Shown here: positions 23,165 through 35,726 of the stretch, in pieces | How positions within the stretch are numbered: the stretch's first letter is position 1 | Layout of the letters: each line of letters starts with the position of its first letter | From: Laetmonice hystrix | Lineage: Eukaryota | DNA length: 64,000 nucleotides | Direction: 5' to 3' | Assembly (NCBI GenBank): GCA_965235115.1 | Contig: OZ249436.1 | Coordinates: 53,756,001-53,820,000 of the forward strand | Notes under the pieces: generated by a model | The model's database searches: none | What the model saw: the letters and a program-made list of their open reading frames with translations, nothing else | Told to the model about the DNA's origin: nothing | Position numbers and translations under genes: made by a program

Positions 23165-24112
23165 AGTCAATGGTGTTAAAATCGGAAATTAGGTCAACTT
23201 GGCCGCCATCTTGGATTTTTCAAATTCTGTTCAAATGGGTCAAGTTTTCCATCCTAACCCCAATGGTGAAAACCAGACGTTGATATCTTTAACCGTTTTA
23301 GAGATATCACTGATTTTGGGTTGAAAATGACCTAAAAGGGCCAACTTTGAAGAGCCATAATTTGGAAACTATTGATTTTAGGGGAGCCATCTCGGTGTCA
23401 GAGACAGCTGACCCCTTACCCAATCCAATGGTTTTAAAATCGGAAATTAGGTCAACTTGGCCGCCATCTTGGATTTTTCAAATTCAGTTTAAATGGGTCA
23501 AGTTTTCCATCCTAACCCCAATGGTGAAAACCAGACGTTGATATCTTTAACCGTTTTAGAGATATCACTGATTTTTGGTTGAAAATGACCTAAAAGGGCC
23601 AACTTTGAAGAGCCATAACTTGGAAACTATTGATTTTAGGGGAGCCATCTCGGTGTCAGAGACAGCTGACCTATTACCCAATCCAATGGTGTTAAAATCG
23701 GAAATTAGGTCAACTTGGCCGCCATCTTGGATTTTTCAAATTCAGGGAAAATGGCTCAAGGTTTTCATCCCAAACCCAATGGTCAAAACCAGACATTGAT
23801 ATCTTTAACCGTTTTCGAGGTATCACTGATGTTTGGTTGAAAATAACCTAAAAGGGCCAACTTTGAGGGGCCATAAGATGGAAACTATCGAATTTAGGGG
23901 AGCCATCTCGGTGTCAGAGATAGTGGACCTATTACCCAATCCAATGGTGCTGAAATTGGAAATTAGGTCAACTTGGCCGCCATCTTGGATTTTTCAAATT
24001 CGCTGAGGATGGGTCAAGTTTTTTATGCTAAACCCAAAGGTGAAACCCAGACATTGATATCTTTAACCGTTTTCGAGATATCACTGATCTTTGGTTGAAA
24101 ATTACCTAAAAA
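23165..24112. repeat. 258-bp tandem repeat, about 3.7 copies
   Basis: TGG..AAATCGGAAATTAGGTCAACTTGGCCGCCATCTTGG recurs at 23171, 23429, 23687 and 23945. Confidence 0.9.
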
Positions 24113-24124
24113 GGGACATTAAGC

Positions 24125-24842
24125 CAGATGGGGTCACGTGACAGCATTTAAATTGACGTAAATTGAAAACTCATATATGATTTTCCATATGAGTTTAATA
24201 GGAACCATGGACCCATCTGGCTCTGTTTCTAAGTTACAGCCATCTTAAAATACCAATGACGTCATAGGGCAACGTAGGGTCACGTGACCTAACTAAAAAT
24301 GGTGTCATTTGAAAGGCCATATATGACTTCCTATGGGTCTTCACTAGTACGTATGGGCCTATCTGGCTCTTTTTCCAAGTTACTGCCAGCTGAAAACACT
24401 TATGACGTCATACAGCCATATATGGTCACGTGACCTAATTAAAAATGGTGTCATTTGAAAGGCCATATATGACTTCCTATCTGTCTACGATAGTAACTAT
24501 GGGCCTATCTGGCTCTGTTTCCAAGTTATTGCTAATTAAAAATACCGATGATGTCATAGAGTCACGTAGGGTCACGTGACCTAATTAAAAATTGTGTCAT
24601 TTTAAAGGCCATAATGACTTCCTATCTGTCTTCAATAGTAACTATGGGCCTATCTGGCTCTATTTCCAAGTTACTGCTAATTGAAAATACTGATGACGTC
24701 AGAGAGTCACGTAGGGTCACGTGATCTAATTAAAAATGGTGTCATTTTTAAGGCCATATATGACTCCTATCTGTCTTCAATAGTAACTATGGGCCTATCT
24801 GGCTCTATTGACAAGTTACTGCTAGCTGAAAATACCGATGAC
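24125..24842. repeat. ~146-bp tandem repeat, about 5 copies
   Basis: GGTCACGTGA...GGCCATATATGACTTCCTAT...GGGCCTATCTGGCTCT recurs at ~145-bp spacing. Confidence 0.9.
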
Positions 24843-24981
24843 GATAAGGTATGTATGTATGTGGGTAGTGGTGTGGGTGTGTGTGTGTGCGATGTGCTGG
24901 CTGTGGTAAAGGAGTTGGTGGTTGTTGGTGGAGCGTGGAAGTGTTATGTAACTCAGTTGTGGGATCTGCGGTGGTGGGGTA

Positions 24982-25215
24982 TGGAAATACCGGCGACGAC
25001 ATGCGAGATGCGAGAAGCGACATGGAACCGAACAGTGTCAATTTAGCACATAGAATGTTTCTTATTGACACCGACATCACGATCCACTGCTCAATTAGTG
25101 CCTATTTAACAATAATTTTGGGGGTAAAGTGAAAACTAACACTAACCGTAGGCCTAACCTTTACCCTAACCCAAACACACTGTCTCGCATCTCGCATGTC
25201 GTCGCCGGTATTTCA
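24982..25215. mobile_element. MITE with ~34-bp TIRs and TA TSD, nested in the HINE-like element
   Basis: TA|TGGAAATACCGGCGACGACATGCGAGATGCGAGA ... TCTCGCATCTCGCATGTCGTCGCCGGTATTTCA|TA, with internal CCTAAC motifs. Confidence 0.75.
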
Positions 25216-26172
25216 TAGGTGGGGGACGGGTGGCCGGCCCGTGTAGGGGTTTTGGGGGGGGGGGGGGGGGGGAGTTACCACGGCTGAGAAGGACGCCTGA
25301 CTGAACAGGCGCACAGGCCAGTGACTGGGAGTGGGCCCGCTGGTGAATTTTTTTTCCCACGCTAGTTCTGGATACTCATTAGCATACAGCCAATCAGAAA
25401 CAAGTTGTTTACGCGCTGTGTAAGCCGCATAAGTCGGAAACTATTAACTGTAGAGAAAAACACTTAATGTAGCGGTTGTAGGAAAAGACCTGGAGATTCT
25501 TCTCCACCAAGTTTCATAAAGATACGGTCAGGGGTTTGGGATATATAAAAGGTTTCTCTAAGGTTGGCACGGTACTGAGGTCAAAGGTCATGAAGTGCTA
25601 AAAATAGCAAAATCCCGAGAAAATATCCACAGTTGTCTTTTCCCCAAATTAGGACTTTCTAGCCCCGGTAGTTTTTGAACTGACGTCAAGTAAGCGCCCA
25701 ACCACTTCGAAAATGTTGAAGGTCACACAGAGGTCATCTGGGGTCACAGGAACGTGTCCTCCGGGAAATCTAAATTTGGCACATAGATGACCCTGCTGAC
25801 CAAATTTGATGTTATTCCAGCCAGTATTTTTCGAGTTATGGCTTTGGCAAAAAAATGGCACGTGCCATTTTTTTTAGATCAGCCGCCATCTTGAAAGTTC
25901 TGGGTCAACCAAACTGGTTTTCGAACTTGTCCAAGCCCCGGATGAAAGAAGGCCGACATACCAATTTTGGATCGATTCAGGCTATTTTTCTCGCGTTATC
26001 GTGATCACAGCACAAGTTGGCACATTCGTGCCACAGAAGAGGTCAAAGGTCAAATGGCACTATAAGTAGAAACAAAGATTTTTCAGAAGGTTCTGTCGGG
26101 CCATTTCAAATTTGATAACTCCCTCTCTAACAGTGGCCGAGTTATTCCAAAAAGAAGAAAATAAAAGAAACA

Positions 26173-26219
<47 letters not shown>

Positions 26220-28306
26220 CGGTCAGAAACAGCGTGCAAAACAAAACGTCTCCCCCAGCTGGGGGGAGACGTAATTAACGGGTGTTGCGACCCAATGGCA
26301 ATGTCAATGCTGTGCTTTCTGTGATCCTTCTACTGGGCAGGTGAGACGTTTGGTCTGTCTGTACATACCTAGGTAATTTCCGATTTGAACATGGCATCAG
26401 GATGAACAATTTAGTCAGTACTCATACTATAGGCCTAGTATTAAGAAGGGTCGTCATATTGTCGGTTACAGCTATCGGCTGAGGACTTCAACTGATAGGA
26501 CAGGTGCTCATCACGTGACACCAGGGAATTTCCCCGCGTTCCTAGTCCCAGTTCAAATGGCGTCTCAATGCGCAAGAACGGATTTACGGTGCGATGTTAA
26601 AAGCGTTTGGGGGAAATATAGGAAAATTGTCAACATTGGATGTAGGTATATTCGTTTAAATGATTCTGTCATCCGAGACTCGACCACCTCCCCATATACC
26701 CGTCCCATTCATCGCCTTTTAGGGTGGAGTTGCAGACCATTCTTACCTCTGATACCCAAGGGGATGGAGCCTAGACAGAACACAGGTTTCCTTAGCGATG
26801 AGCCTGAACCTACATCCGCACTGGACGCGGGGGGGGGGGGGGGTGAGGTTGGCGTCATGTTTGGAAGAAAATCTGCACCGGACGCGTGCGTCATACGGGT
26901 GTCAGACCACACCTGCATTATTATAACAGGTGTGAGAAAACAAACGCAATACGGGTGATTTGCGAGAAGCTTGGGTGCCTTGGTAAGCGTTGAAATCCCC
27001 CCCAGCACGAGTAAAAAAATAGTTTTCACCTGTTCTGCACGATTAAAGTGTTTCTGAATTGTGTGGTGTGAGTATATCGACATTTCAGCCTTGCATTTTG
27101 ACCCGATATAATTGTAATCATTCATGCAAGGCTTACTCCATTCTTTATGCAATGCAGGAAAACACCTCAAGTGTTATTAATTCAGAATTTTTTAAAATGA
27201 AATAATGAAGTCAAGAAAAGTTGATTTATCTGAGTGCGTGCAACACTGAAGATGTTTCCTGCTTTACAGATATGATAGAAACTGGAGAAAAATCTTAATA
27301 CAGCTGAATTATATTTTATACCTCACGTAACACTTTGGGCTAATTAAAATACAGTGCTTTTTGCTTTTACCGGAGAGTTGCTAAAAGCTTCCGAAATGTA
27401 CATCCGACACCATGCAATCCCCTATATTGATTTGACAATTTGTTTCCGGAATTATTTGGCCAATTGTAAAAAAAACATCCTCCTGATAATACACTGCACA
27501 ATTGGGGCACTATATTCATAATTTCCTGTTCCATGATGATCTAGAAGTTACATAAAGTCTCATATTACAATAACTTTAGTATTATTTACAATGCCTTGTA
27601 ATAAGTTACATAAAATATTCATATATTAATAAATTTCCTATTTTACATTTCTACTTTATGTTGGACACACGTACACAGGTTGGAATGCCTTATAACCCGG
27701 CCTGTCTTCACTTCCAATTCCTCTATAAGGGTTTCGTATACACCATATCGTTCATTTCGAAGCAACCATTGTCTTACCCATGCGGGGGGGGGGGGGGGGG
27801 TTCTCACATGCAGCTTCCAACCTCCTCCTTCGTCTACGCCTGACTATAATTGCAGTAACAGCCAAACTGCACACAATAACTATTTTGCGAAACGGGATCC
27901 AAAGCAGAACCTTCACTGGGAGTATCCACTTGACAGCCTCGATCATCCAGGCCCTCTAGCAGCCTCCGTATATGACTACGGCACAGAAGGCCTTGACTCA
28001 AGCTTATGTATGATCATTGTAGAAAAATCTCTGGAAATCGTACAAATTATGGGCGTGATCCACTTGCGTTGCGATGCTTCCGATTCACTCCTTGCGTGGT
28101 CTTACGAGTTCTTCCGAGGAAAAAATTCCAAATCGGGAATACACGCAAGCATTTTAAGTGAATCACGCATTACGAGAGTTCACGAGTGTTCCGAGGGCTT
28201 CAGACATCTTACGAGTGCCAGAGCGCTATCGGGACCTCCTTAAGAGCAGATCAAAAATGTTAGATATTATCGGAAGCGTGCATAGTACGCGTGGCCTCGC
28301 GTAATG

Positions 28307-28516
28307 TTCCACTAAGCCGATTTACATCCGATCGGCCATCCGATTTTCTTAACTTCTGAAATTATTGGTAATTTGTGTCATCAAATCATTAAAGAACATT
28401 TAATTTGTAAAGATTAGATATATATTTTTCGTTGGCCGCAAATATCAGATACATTTGATCGTCAATCGGATGACCGATCGGATGTAGGCCTATATCGGCT
28501 TAGTGGAATCCAGCCT
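28307..28516. mobile_element. Small MITE (left end eroded) within another decayed repeat
   Basis: Inverted repeat TTCCACTAAGCCGAT..TACATCCGATCGG / CCGATCGGATGTA..ATCGGCTTAGTGGAA; right end GGAATCCAGCCT. Confidence 0.6.
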
Positions 28517-29099
28517 TAGGATATCGGAAGATGCATAAAAAGTTCGTAAGCACTCGGAAGAGCGCGGAAGGTCTAAAGCGAACCCAAAGACTTCTTCTAT
28601 TTCTTGTTCCTCAACTTCGGCCAAAAAGGCGAAGGTGAGAGCGATTAGTGCGACCTTCTCGGGCTCCATTTTGATGTCCACTGACAATCGGAAGAACTCT
28701 TAAGGCCCTACAAGTGGATTATGCTTTTCGATTTTCTTACGAGTGCTTACGCGGGTTACGCAAGCCTACGATTCCTTGCCAGGTATCTTCCAAATGAAAG
28801 AGTATGTAAGTGTGCAAGTATGTCCATCCCTCTGTGGGAAGTTGCATAGGGGCAAGGTCAGGGAGACCACGAGTTATCAACGCCATCTAATGAAATGGAA
28901 ATCAAATGGCATGGGTCGGGTGTAGGGAGGACATCATAATATAGCAACTATGGAATTAAGCATTGCCACCAATAGATAGGTTTTCCTCTTGCAGTTTTCC
29001 GAATGGACCCTCTTAACCCTGCTTTCATGGAATAGAGAGGGACCTATATGTGATCCCCAATATTTACTTTGTGGAATATAAAAAAAAAACATTTATTTG

Positions 29100-29480
29100 T
29101 AGTACGAGATATCGCATATAGTAATTGACAAACGTTGATCTGCCGATGTGCTTCCTCCGGATTGTGACATTATTTGCTATTAATGGACGGACGCTCTCCA
29201 ACAATTCCGCACAAACATCGGGTGACATTCGCAGCGTCTACTGGATTTCATCTTTGTCCCCTGTAAATATGGTAAATTATGAAATCATTTTGGCAGTGAA
29301 ATTTTTATTGTTTCAAAATAAAATTCTACAGAACCTGCTAGGCCTCAGCCAGCCTATGGGTCCCCGCCACTATGAGTTCCTACTCCAGATTGTACAGTAT
29401 TCTTCTGTGAGGCGTCGTACCGATCTCGAAGCCAAAAGCGCATCCATACTCGCCTCTTCTGACGCTGAGGCAGGCCAAGA
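29100..29480 (-). pseudogene. N-terminal fragment of a Harbinger/PIF (HARBI1-like) transposase, decayed and probably intron-containing
   Basis: Minus strand reads RQKRRVWMRFWLRDR (29464-29420), then YNLE*EL, then after an AT-rich gap ending TTTACAG: DKDEIQ*TLRMSPDVCAELLESVRPLIANNVT..SADQRLSIT.RYL. This matches the family pattern RRxWVRxWL..HNLLxEL..FRMSxxxFxxLLxxVxPxI..SAEERLxITLRYL. Confidence 0.8.
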
Positions 29481-29720
29481 TCCGATGGGGACTGTATGGA
29501 CGATGGGGACTGGGGCCTTTTGTTGTCATGTGACAGTACCATTTGATTAATTACCGCGAATCCATATATCTGAATATAGCTATAGTGCCAAATTCGAAAG
29601 TTAAAAATGAAATCGTGTGGCAAAAATCGGTCGCCTGAATCATGATGCATTCTATATGCTCACATGGCCGATTTAATTCCATCGACCGACGAAAAAAATC
29701 ATCGGTCGTGTGAACCCCCT
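29100..29720 (-). mobile_element. 5' part of a Harbinger transposon
   Basis: Terminus AGGGGGTTCACACGACCGAT on the minus strand at 29720, about 250 bp upstream of the transposase remnant. Confidence 0.65.
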
Positions 29721-29833
<113 letters not shown>

Positions 29834-31500
29834 GCCTTGAGAGAGAATGGTTATATTTCTGATTCCCCAATGGAACAATGGAATAAAAACAACATCGCAG
29901 ACGAACAACGCCCATGGAGTCTACGAGGGCGACGTAGCGTTTAACTGAAAGCCAGTGCCGCTAAGATATTTCTCTAAAGATATCTCTCCAAGGAAGTCTT
30001 TGCTTAGTGAAAGAACCTGCTGCTTGTCTCAGTTCGACCAGTGCAAACGGAGTCTTAAAACACCATCTGTCACACGAAAACATTTTAGCGAGCTCTCCTC
30101 CAGCCAAAACCAATTCCCGTTTTTACAATGATACAAGACTGGTATTTTTCAGACTCGGAGCACATTGGTACGTTGCCGACCCAACTAATGTTTTTGTAGC
30201 GTTCGTAGATTCTCGATCGAACGAATTAGATCGAAACGAGTGGCCACATTATTCCGACCATTGATTGGTTTACACATAGTCATTAGTCAACGTCAGACCT
30301 TATTAGTCTTCTATTTATATTTATGAGACCATCGCAAATCAGGAGAATTCTTAATAGAGACTTGGTAACGAGCGTGATAGGGGCGATATTTCCTTATGGA
30401 TTACTTCTCTATGATCGCCTACGGATACCGATTGTCCTTGGCCTGCCCACGTCAATTGTACGTTCAAACCTATGATAATAAATTTTGCCTGGCTATCCAA
30501 ATTGAGCAGTATTCATATCAAAACGCGATGTTCAGCGATGCTGCAGGTGGTTGCTTTGGTGTATTACTTGGATTTTTCACTGCTTAAATAAAGTAGGCAT
30601 GTGCCGAAAATTTTAAAAGAACATGATGTGACTAGAGTCAACGAACACGAGATGGTTGGCAGCTGCGTAGTAAACTTTTAAAGAATCAGCAATGTTTCAT
30701 CGCGAGAACACCCCGAGAAACAGAGCAGAGTGCAGACATTTCCTGCAGCCGTTAATTTTTAAGCAAAAAGCGGTCTTTAAAAGGTAGGGCAGACGGAAGT
30801 CACAAACGGTTCATGACTGACAGCAAAGGGCTGAATCGTCTGTAAGCGAGCATTGGTTTATTGACATGCCTGCCAAATAGCCATCTGCGCAAGTGCTAAC
30901 ATTCTCAGCCATTAGAAAAATGAATCGGTGCCCTGAGAAACTCCATGGAAACAGTCAAACTCGGTGGCTGTCAATGTGAACTTCATCGCATAGATTAGGA
31001 AGTGTCGATTGTTTCAAGTGTTCAGTTCCAGCAGAATTTTGGGAGCATGGTTGGCCCCATATTCCCGCGCTCGGGATTGAACCGCTTCCAGCGACCCCCC
31101 CCCCCCCCTCACGACGGCCAGCCTTCTTCACCGGAGAAAAGATCGCAGTGCCATCTGCTTACGACCTAATAATTCTTCGTGCGGTACAATCAGGTTGCCC
31201 AAGGCAGCGATTCATAAACATTAGCTTGCATTTCTGGTTAGCCAATAGGAACATCCCCAGTAAAGTTATTGTGGTTGAAGCAAGATGGCGAAGCCAACGA
31301 TGGCAGCAACGGGTAGACATTAATGCGATGACATGACACGCACTTTGAGAATCACAAACTGCTTCTGTCCGACCCGAACGATATCATTTAACAAGGAACT
31401 GGCCTATATCCGGCGACTGGCTCATAATAACGGAGATTTCTGGGAAGCAACTTGGGACTCTCTTTGCCTCGCAAATTACGGCGGCTCGCCGAAAGTCCTG

Positions 31501-31749
31501 GGCCCGGTTTTTTTGTTTACTTTTCCACCGTGAGCAAGGGTGAGCTGAGCTGAGCAAGGGTGAGCAGAAGCTCATACTCACTGTTTTCGTTTTTTGGGGT
31601 GTTTTTCCGCGAGCTTGCTCATCATGAGCACGCCTCATGGAAAAAAGCAACAACAAAAACATGAAAACGGCGAGAATGAGCTCACGCTCACCCTTGCTCA
31701 GCTCAGCTCACCCTTGCTCACGGTGGAAAAGTAAACAAAAAAACGGGCC
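31501..31749. mobile_element. Harbinger MITE (CWG-target class) with ~65-bp TIRs
   Basis: GGCCCGG-T7-GTTTACTTTTCCACCGTGAGCAAGGGTGAGCTGAGCTGAGCAAGGGTGAGC and its near-exact reverse complement; flanked by CTG and CAG. Confidence 0.85.
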
Positions 31750-31930
31750 CAGGTGTTTACAACCCGACTGTGACCACACCACATGTAATCTTGTGCATTT
31801 TTTGGCTCTCGCCCCACGCGGAAGGGGGGGGGGGGGTCCCCAACATGTGCTTGTAATGTAAACAGACATTACTTGCCGCAACAGGCAACGTGCCACGCAC
31901 AGGGCGTACCTCATGCGTGACCGAGATATT

Positions 31931-33434
31931 GGCCCTGGCTGGGGGAGGTTGGATGGCCCTGGCTGGGGGAGGTTGGGTGGCCCTGGCTGGAGGAGGTTGG
32001 GTGGCCCTGGCTGGGGGAGGCTGGGTGGCCCTGGCTGGAGGAGGTTGGGTGGCCCTGGCTGGGGGAGGCTGGGTGGCCCTGGCTGGAGGAGGTTGGATGG
32101 CCCCAGCTGGGGGAGGTTGGGTGGCCCTGGCTGGGGGAGGTTGGGTGGCCTTGGCTGGGAGAGGTTGGGTGGCCCTGGCTGGGGGAGGTTGGGTGGCCCT
32201 GGCTGGGGGAGGTTGGATGGCCCCGGCTGGGGGGGGGGGGGGTTGGGTGGCCCAGGCTTAGGAGGTTGGATGGCCCCGGCTGGGGGAAGTTGGATGGCCC
32301 AGGCTGGGGGAGGTTGGGTGGCCCAGGCTGGGGGAGGTTGGGTGGCCCTGGCTGGGGGAGGTTGGGTGGCCTTGGCTGGGGGAGGTTGGGTGGCCCTGGC
32401 TGGGAAGGGTTGGGTGGCCCTGGCTGGGGGAGGTTGGATGGCCCAGGCTGGGGGAGGTTGGATTGACCCGGCTGGGGGAGGTTGGGTGGCCCTGGCTGGG
32501 AAGGGTTGGGTGGCCCTGGCTGGGGGAGGTTGGATGGCCCCGGCTGGGGGAAGTTGGATGGCCCAGGCTGGGGGAGGTTGGGTGGCCCTGGCTGGGGGAG
32601 GTTGGGTGGCCTTGGCTGGGGGAGGTTGGGTGGCCCTGGCTGGGGAAGGTTGGGTGGCCCTGGCTGGGGGAGGTTGGATGGCCCAGGCTGGGGGAGGTTG
32701 GATTGACCCGGCTGGGGGAGGTTGGATGGCCCCGGCTGGGGGAGGTTGGGTGGCCCAGGCTGGGGGAGGTTGGGTGGCCCTGGCTGGGGGAGGTTTGGTG
32801 GCCCAGGCTGGGGGAGGTTGGGTGGCCCAGGCTGGGGGAGGTTGGGTGGCCCTGGCTGGGGAAGGTTGGGTGGCCCCGGCTGGGGGAGGATGGGGGAGGT
32901 TGGGTGGCCCTGGCTGGGGGAGGTTGGGTGGCCCAGGCTGGGGGAGGTTGGGTGGCCCTGGCTGGGGGAGGTTGGATGGCCCCGGTTGGGGAAGGTTGGA
33001 TTGCCCCGGCTGGAGGAGGTTGGGAGGCCCCGGCTGGGGGAGGTTGGATTGACCCGGCTGGGGGAGGTTCGATGGCCCCGGCTGGGGGAGGTTGGGTGGC
33101 CTTGGCTGGGGGAGGTTGGATGGCCCCGGCTGGGGGAGGTTGGATGGCCCCGGTTGGGGAAGGTTGGGTGGCCCTGGCTGGGGGAGGTTGGGTGGCCCTG
33201 GCTGGGGGAGGTTGGGTGGCCTTGGCTGGGAGAGGTTGGGTGGCCTTGGCTGGGAGAGGTTGGGTGGCCCTGGCTGGGGGAGGTTGGATGGCCCCGGCTG
33301 GGGGAGGTTGGATGGCCCCGGTTGGGGAAGGTTGGATGGCCCCGGTTGGGGAAGGTTGGGTGGCCCTGGCTGGGGGAGGTTGAATTGACCCGGCTGGGGG
33401 AGGTTGGATGGCCCCGGCTGGGGAGGTTGGATGG
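31931..33434. repeat. G-rich 24-bp minisatellite (GGCCCTGGCTGGGGGAGGTTGGGT), about 62 copies
   Basis: Seen directly; source of all Gly/Trp- and Pro-rich ORFs at 31.7-33.5 kb. Confidence 0.95.
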
Positions 33435-35331
33435 CTGTTACACCGGCAGATCGTTGGGAAGGTAAGTCTGTCGGTTTAGATGACACTCTCGGTCAGTTGT
33501 CTTTACGTATTGCTCTTCATTGACCTCGCGGTCACCGTCAAGCGACAAGAAAAGCTGTTTCCGACAGTGAAGATACCGCGGAGCTCGAGTATTGACGTAC
33601 GTTGCAAAGGTTTTCCACTCGGTGCTTTATAAGCTTTCGATATGAAGGTCAAGCTGGATGACCTTGTGAATCTATACACGATGTCCGGTCTCCGAATCCA
33701 ATCCTTCGCTTTTTGCACGTGGAGACTCCAGCAAACTCTACAGCAAAGAAGCTCCGATACGGTTTTGATATCTCCTTTCACATCATGCATATCAACCTGC
33801 TCAGACAAAAACTCCGTACATTCTAGACGTTGCTTGCTGTCGTCGTCCGGCTGTCACATCATCGAAGAAAACTTGAATAGAGTAGAGCCGGCGGTGTTTA
33901 CCAAGATGACGTCTCCCATTAGTGGACCCATCATCGTGACAGTGATATTGGCAAAGGCTGACAGTCCTCCGCAACTGAGCTGTACTTTCCTTTTTTATGC
34001 TCGGTTTGTGACCAATGATGTGTGTGAGCTGTTTTATAACACTTTACATGAAGAGTGTATATACAACATAATCCACTTAGATTTTTCTTTAAGTTAAAGC
34101 GGCATTGTTAGTATCTTCGAGAATAAAACACTTACCTGTCCCCTATAGCAACCTATTGACATATACGTATATGAAGACACACTGTTACTGCAATACAGTA
34201 ACTGCAGTATGATGATTTTTGTTAACGAAAACTCGGACCGAAACTAAAACATGATAATTAGCAGGAGTTTGAATTTGCCTCCGCTCTTCGAAAGGGGCGC
34301 TGCAAATGATGTCGAACGACATCCCATAATAGTCCTAGGTCTTCAGGTATCGCTCCACCATATTTCATCATCATCCTACGGTCGCTTTGTAAATATACCT
34401 CCGAGGGACGAAAGTCGATGTATGCAACATAAGCTGAGAAAGAATGAGTTGGACAGAAGACGTGACAGTGCTGGTGGCATTGAAATAGATCGGTGGATGG
34501 CCTTGAAACCTCACGCTCCGACTAGTCCGAGCGTCACCTTAGAGACTGTGAGAGTCACTGAAACTCACCGTGGGAATGCCGCTGTTATACGGTTATCCAA
34601 AATGGCCAAGCGGTTCGAAAATCGGAGCCAGCTGAGCGTTCGATATTACAGGTTTTAAAAACAGTGGACCTTTAAGCATATATGACCTTGCCTTGGTAAG
34701 CATTCGAATAGAGTAACCAAAGAGCAGCATACATTGAGCAACATGCCGTACAAGAGATTCTGTTGGGGTTTAACAACAAAATGTTACAAATGCAGCAGAA
34801 ACTGGGAACACAGGTACTTGATGGGCATGCCCAACAATGCCTCTCTCCTCTTCCTAGAGGAATTGTCTCAGACAGCTCCGGTGTGACGAACCATCCATCA
34901 TGCAACCTACTTCAGCGAGTCTCAGTGATGGGGAGTTTGGCGCCCGCAGTGCTAGAGCCATTAGACACTCAATCAACATATTCCCTTTTGCAGTAAAAGT
35001 CTCTCATGGTTGATATTCGTTCCCTTTAAATGGAAAACATCGTTATCGGGACACTAATCTCTAGTTTAGACAAATTTAGAGCAAGATTAAATATGTACAG
35101 GAAGAATATCACGACGAGATATAACGTTCACGTTACATGATGTATGAATACGATGATCATGCACTCGCCTATATATTAGGCCTATGTGAAGAAAAAGAAC
35201 TAGTAGGATGCTTCCGCGGAAGAGTTTACATTTCGAATCAGTGCGCCAATATGGTAATGACGTCAGCGATTTCCTATAATTCATACTACCGTACACTCGG
35301 AACACCGACGCTGCTTCTGATTGGCTGTTTC

Positions 35332-35726
35332 TAGGTCATATCCGGAGGCCAAGCAAGCCTCGGATGTATGAAGCCGCCATTTTCCCAAGATTTGCGCAAA
35401 CCCCAGTGAAGCGGCATCGCGCATGAACACAGAGTAAATAGTCGACCCCTACGCACAGTCACATAGGCCTAGTTCAAATATAATCTCTCAGGATACCTAT
35501 CTTTCTCGAATTTTCTATCGTGGAGACAAAACAGTCTCTTCTTCACCTAGGAGGAAAACCAGATATTGTAACTCTGTAAAGTCCGACACAAGGGAGTTCT
35601 ACATTTTCGGCACGGCGGCAGCATGCGAGTTTGTTGTTTACATCCGGGCCAGTGGTCACGACCTATAACCACCCCCCCCCCCACCCCCCAACATGGCGAC
35701 CTTCGTCGTACAGCCGAGATATGACG
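35332..35726 (+). repeat. Unclassified interspersed repeat, copy 2 (see 5334-5641)
   Basis: Same colinear blocks as copy 1, plus an extra ~110-bp internal segment. Confidence 0.75.

Larger units (their letters stand above)
22970..26276. mobile_element. Helentron-associated (HINE/DINE-1-like) non-autonomous element with internal satellite arrays
   Basis: AACTAG start; subterminal GACGTCTCCCC (22996-23006) recurs in the terminal hairpin ACGTCTCCCCCAGCTGGGGGGAGACGT (26246-26272); (GAAA)n precedes the hairpin; internal tandem arrays. Confidence 0.7.

Noticed and set aside
31708..33486. 592-aa Pro-rich ORF and the overlapping Gly/Trp-rich ORFs
   Set aside because: The 24-bp unit has no stop codons, the ORF switches repeat phase at indels, it has a non-ATG start and no signal peptide. 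It is best explained as a minisatellite artefact.
33503..33870. Possible SAM-domain or LINE ORF1 remnant on the minus strand
   Set aside because: It needs several frameshifts and stops for only a short motif match.
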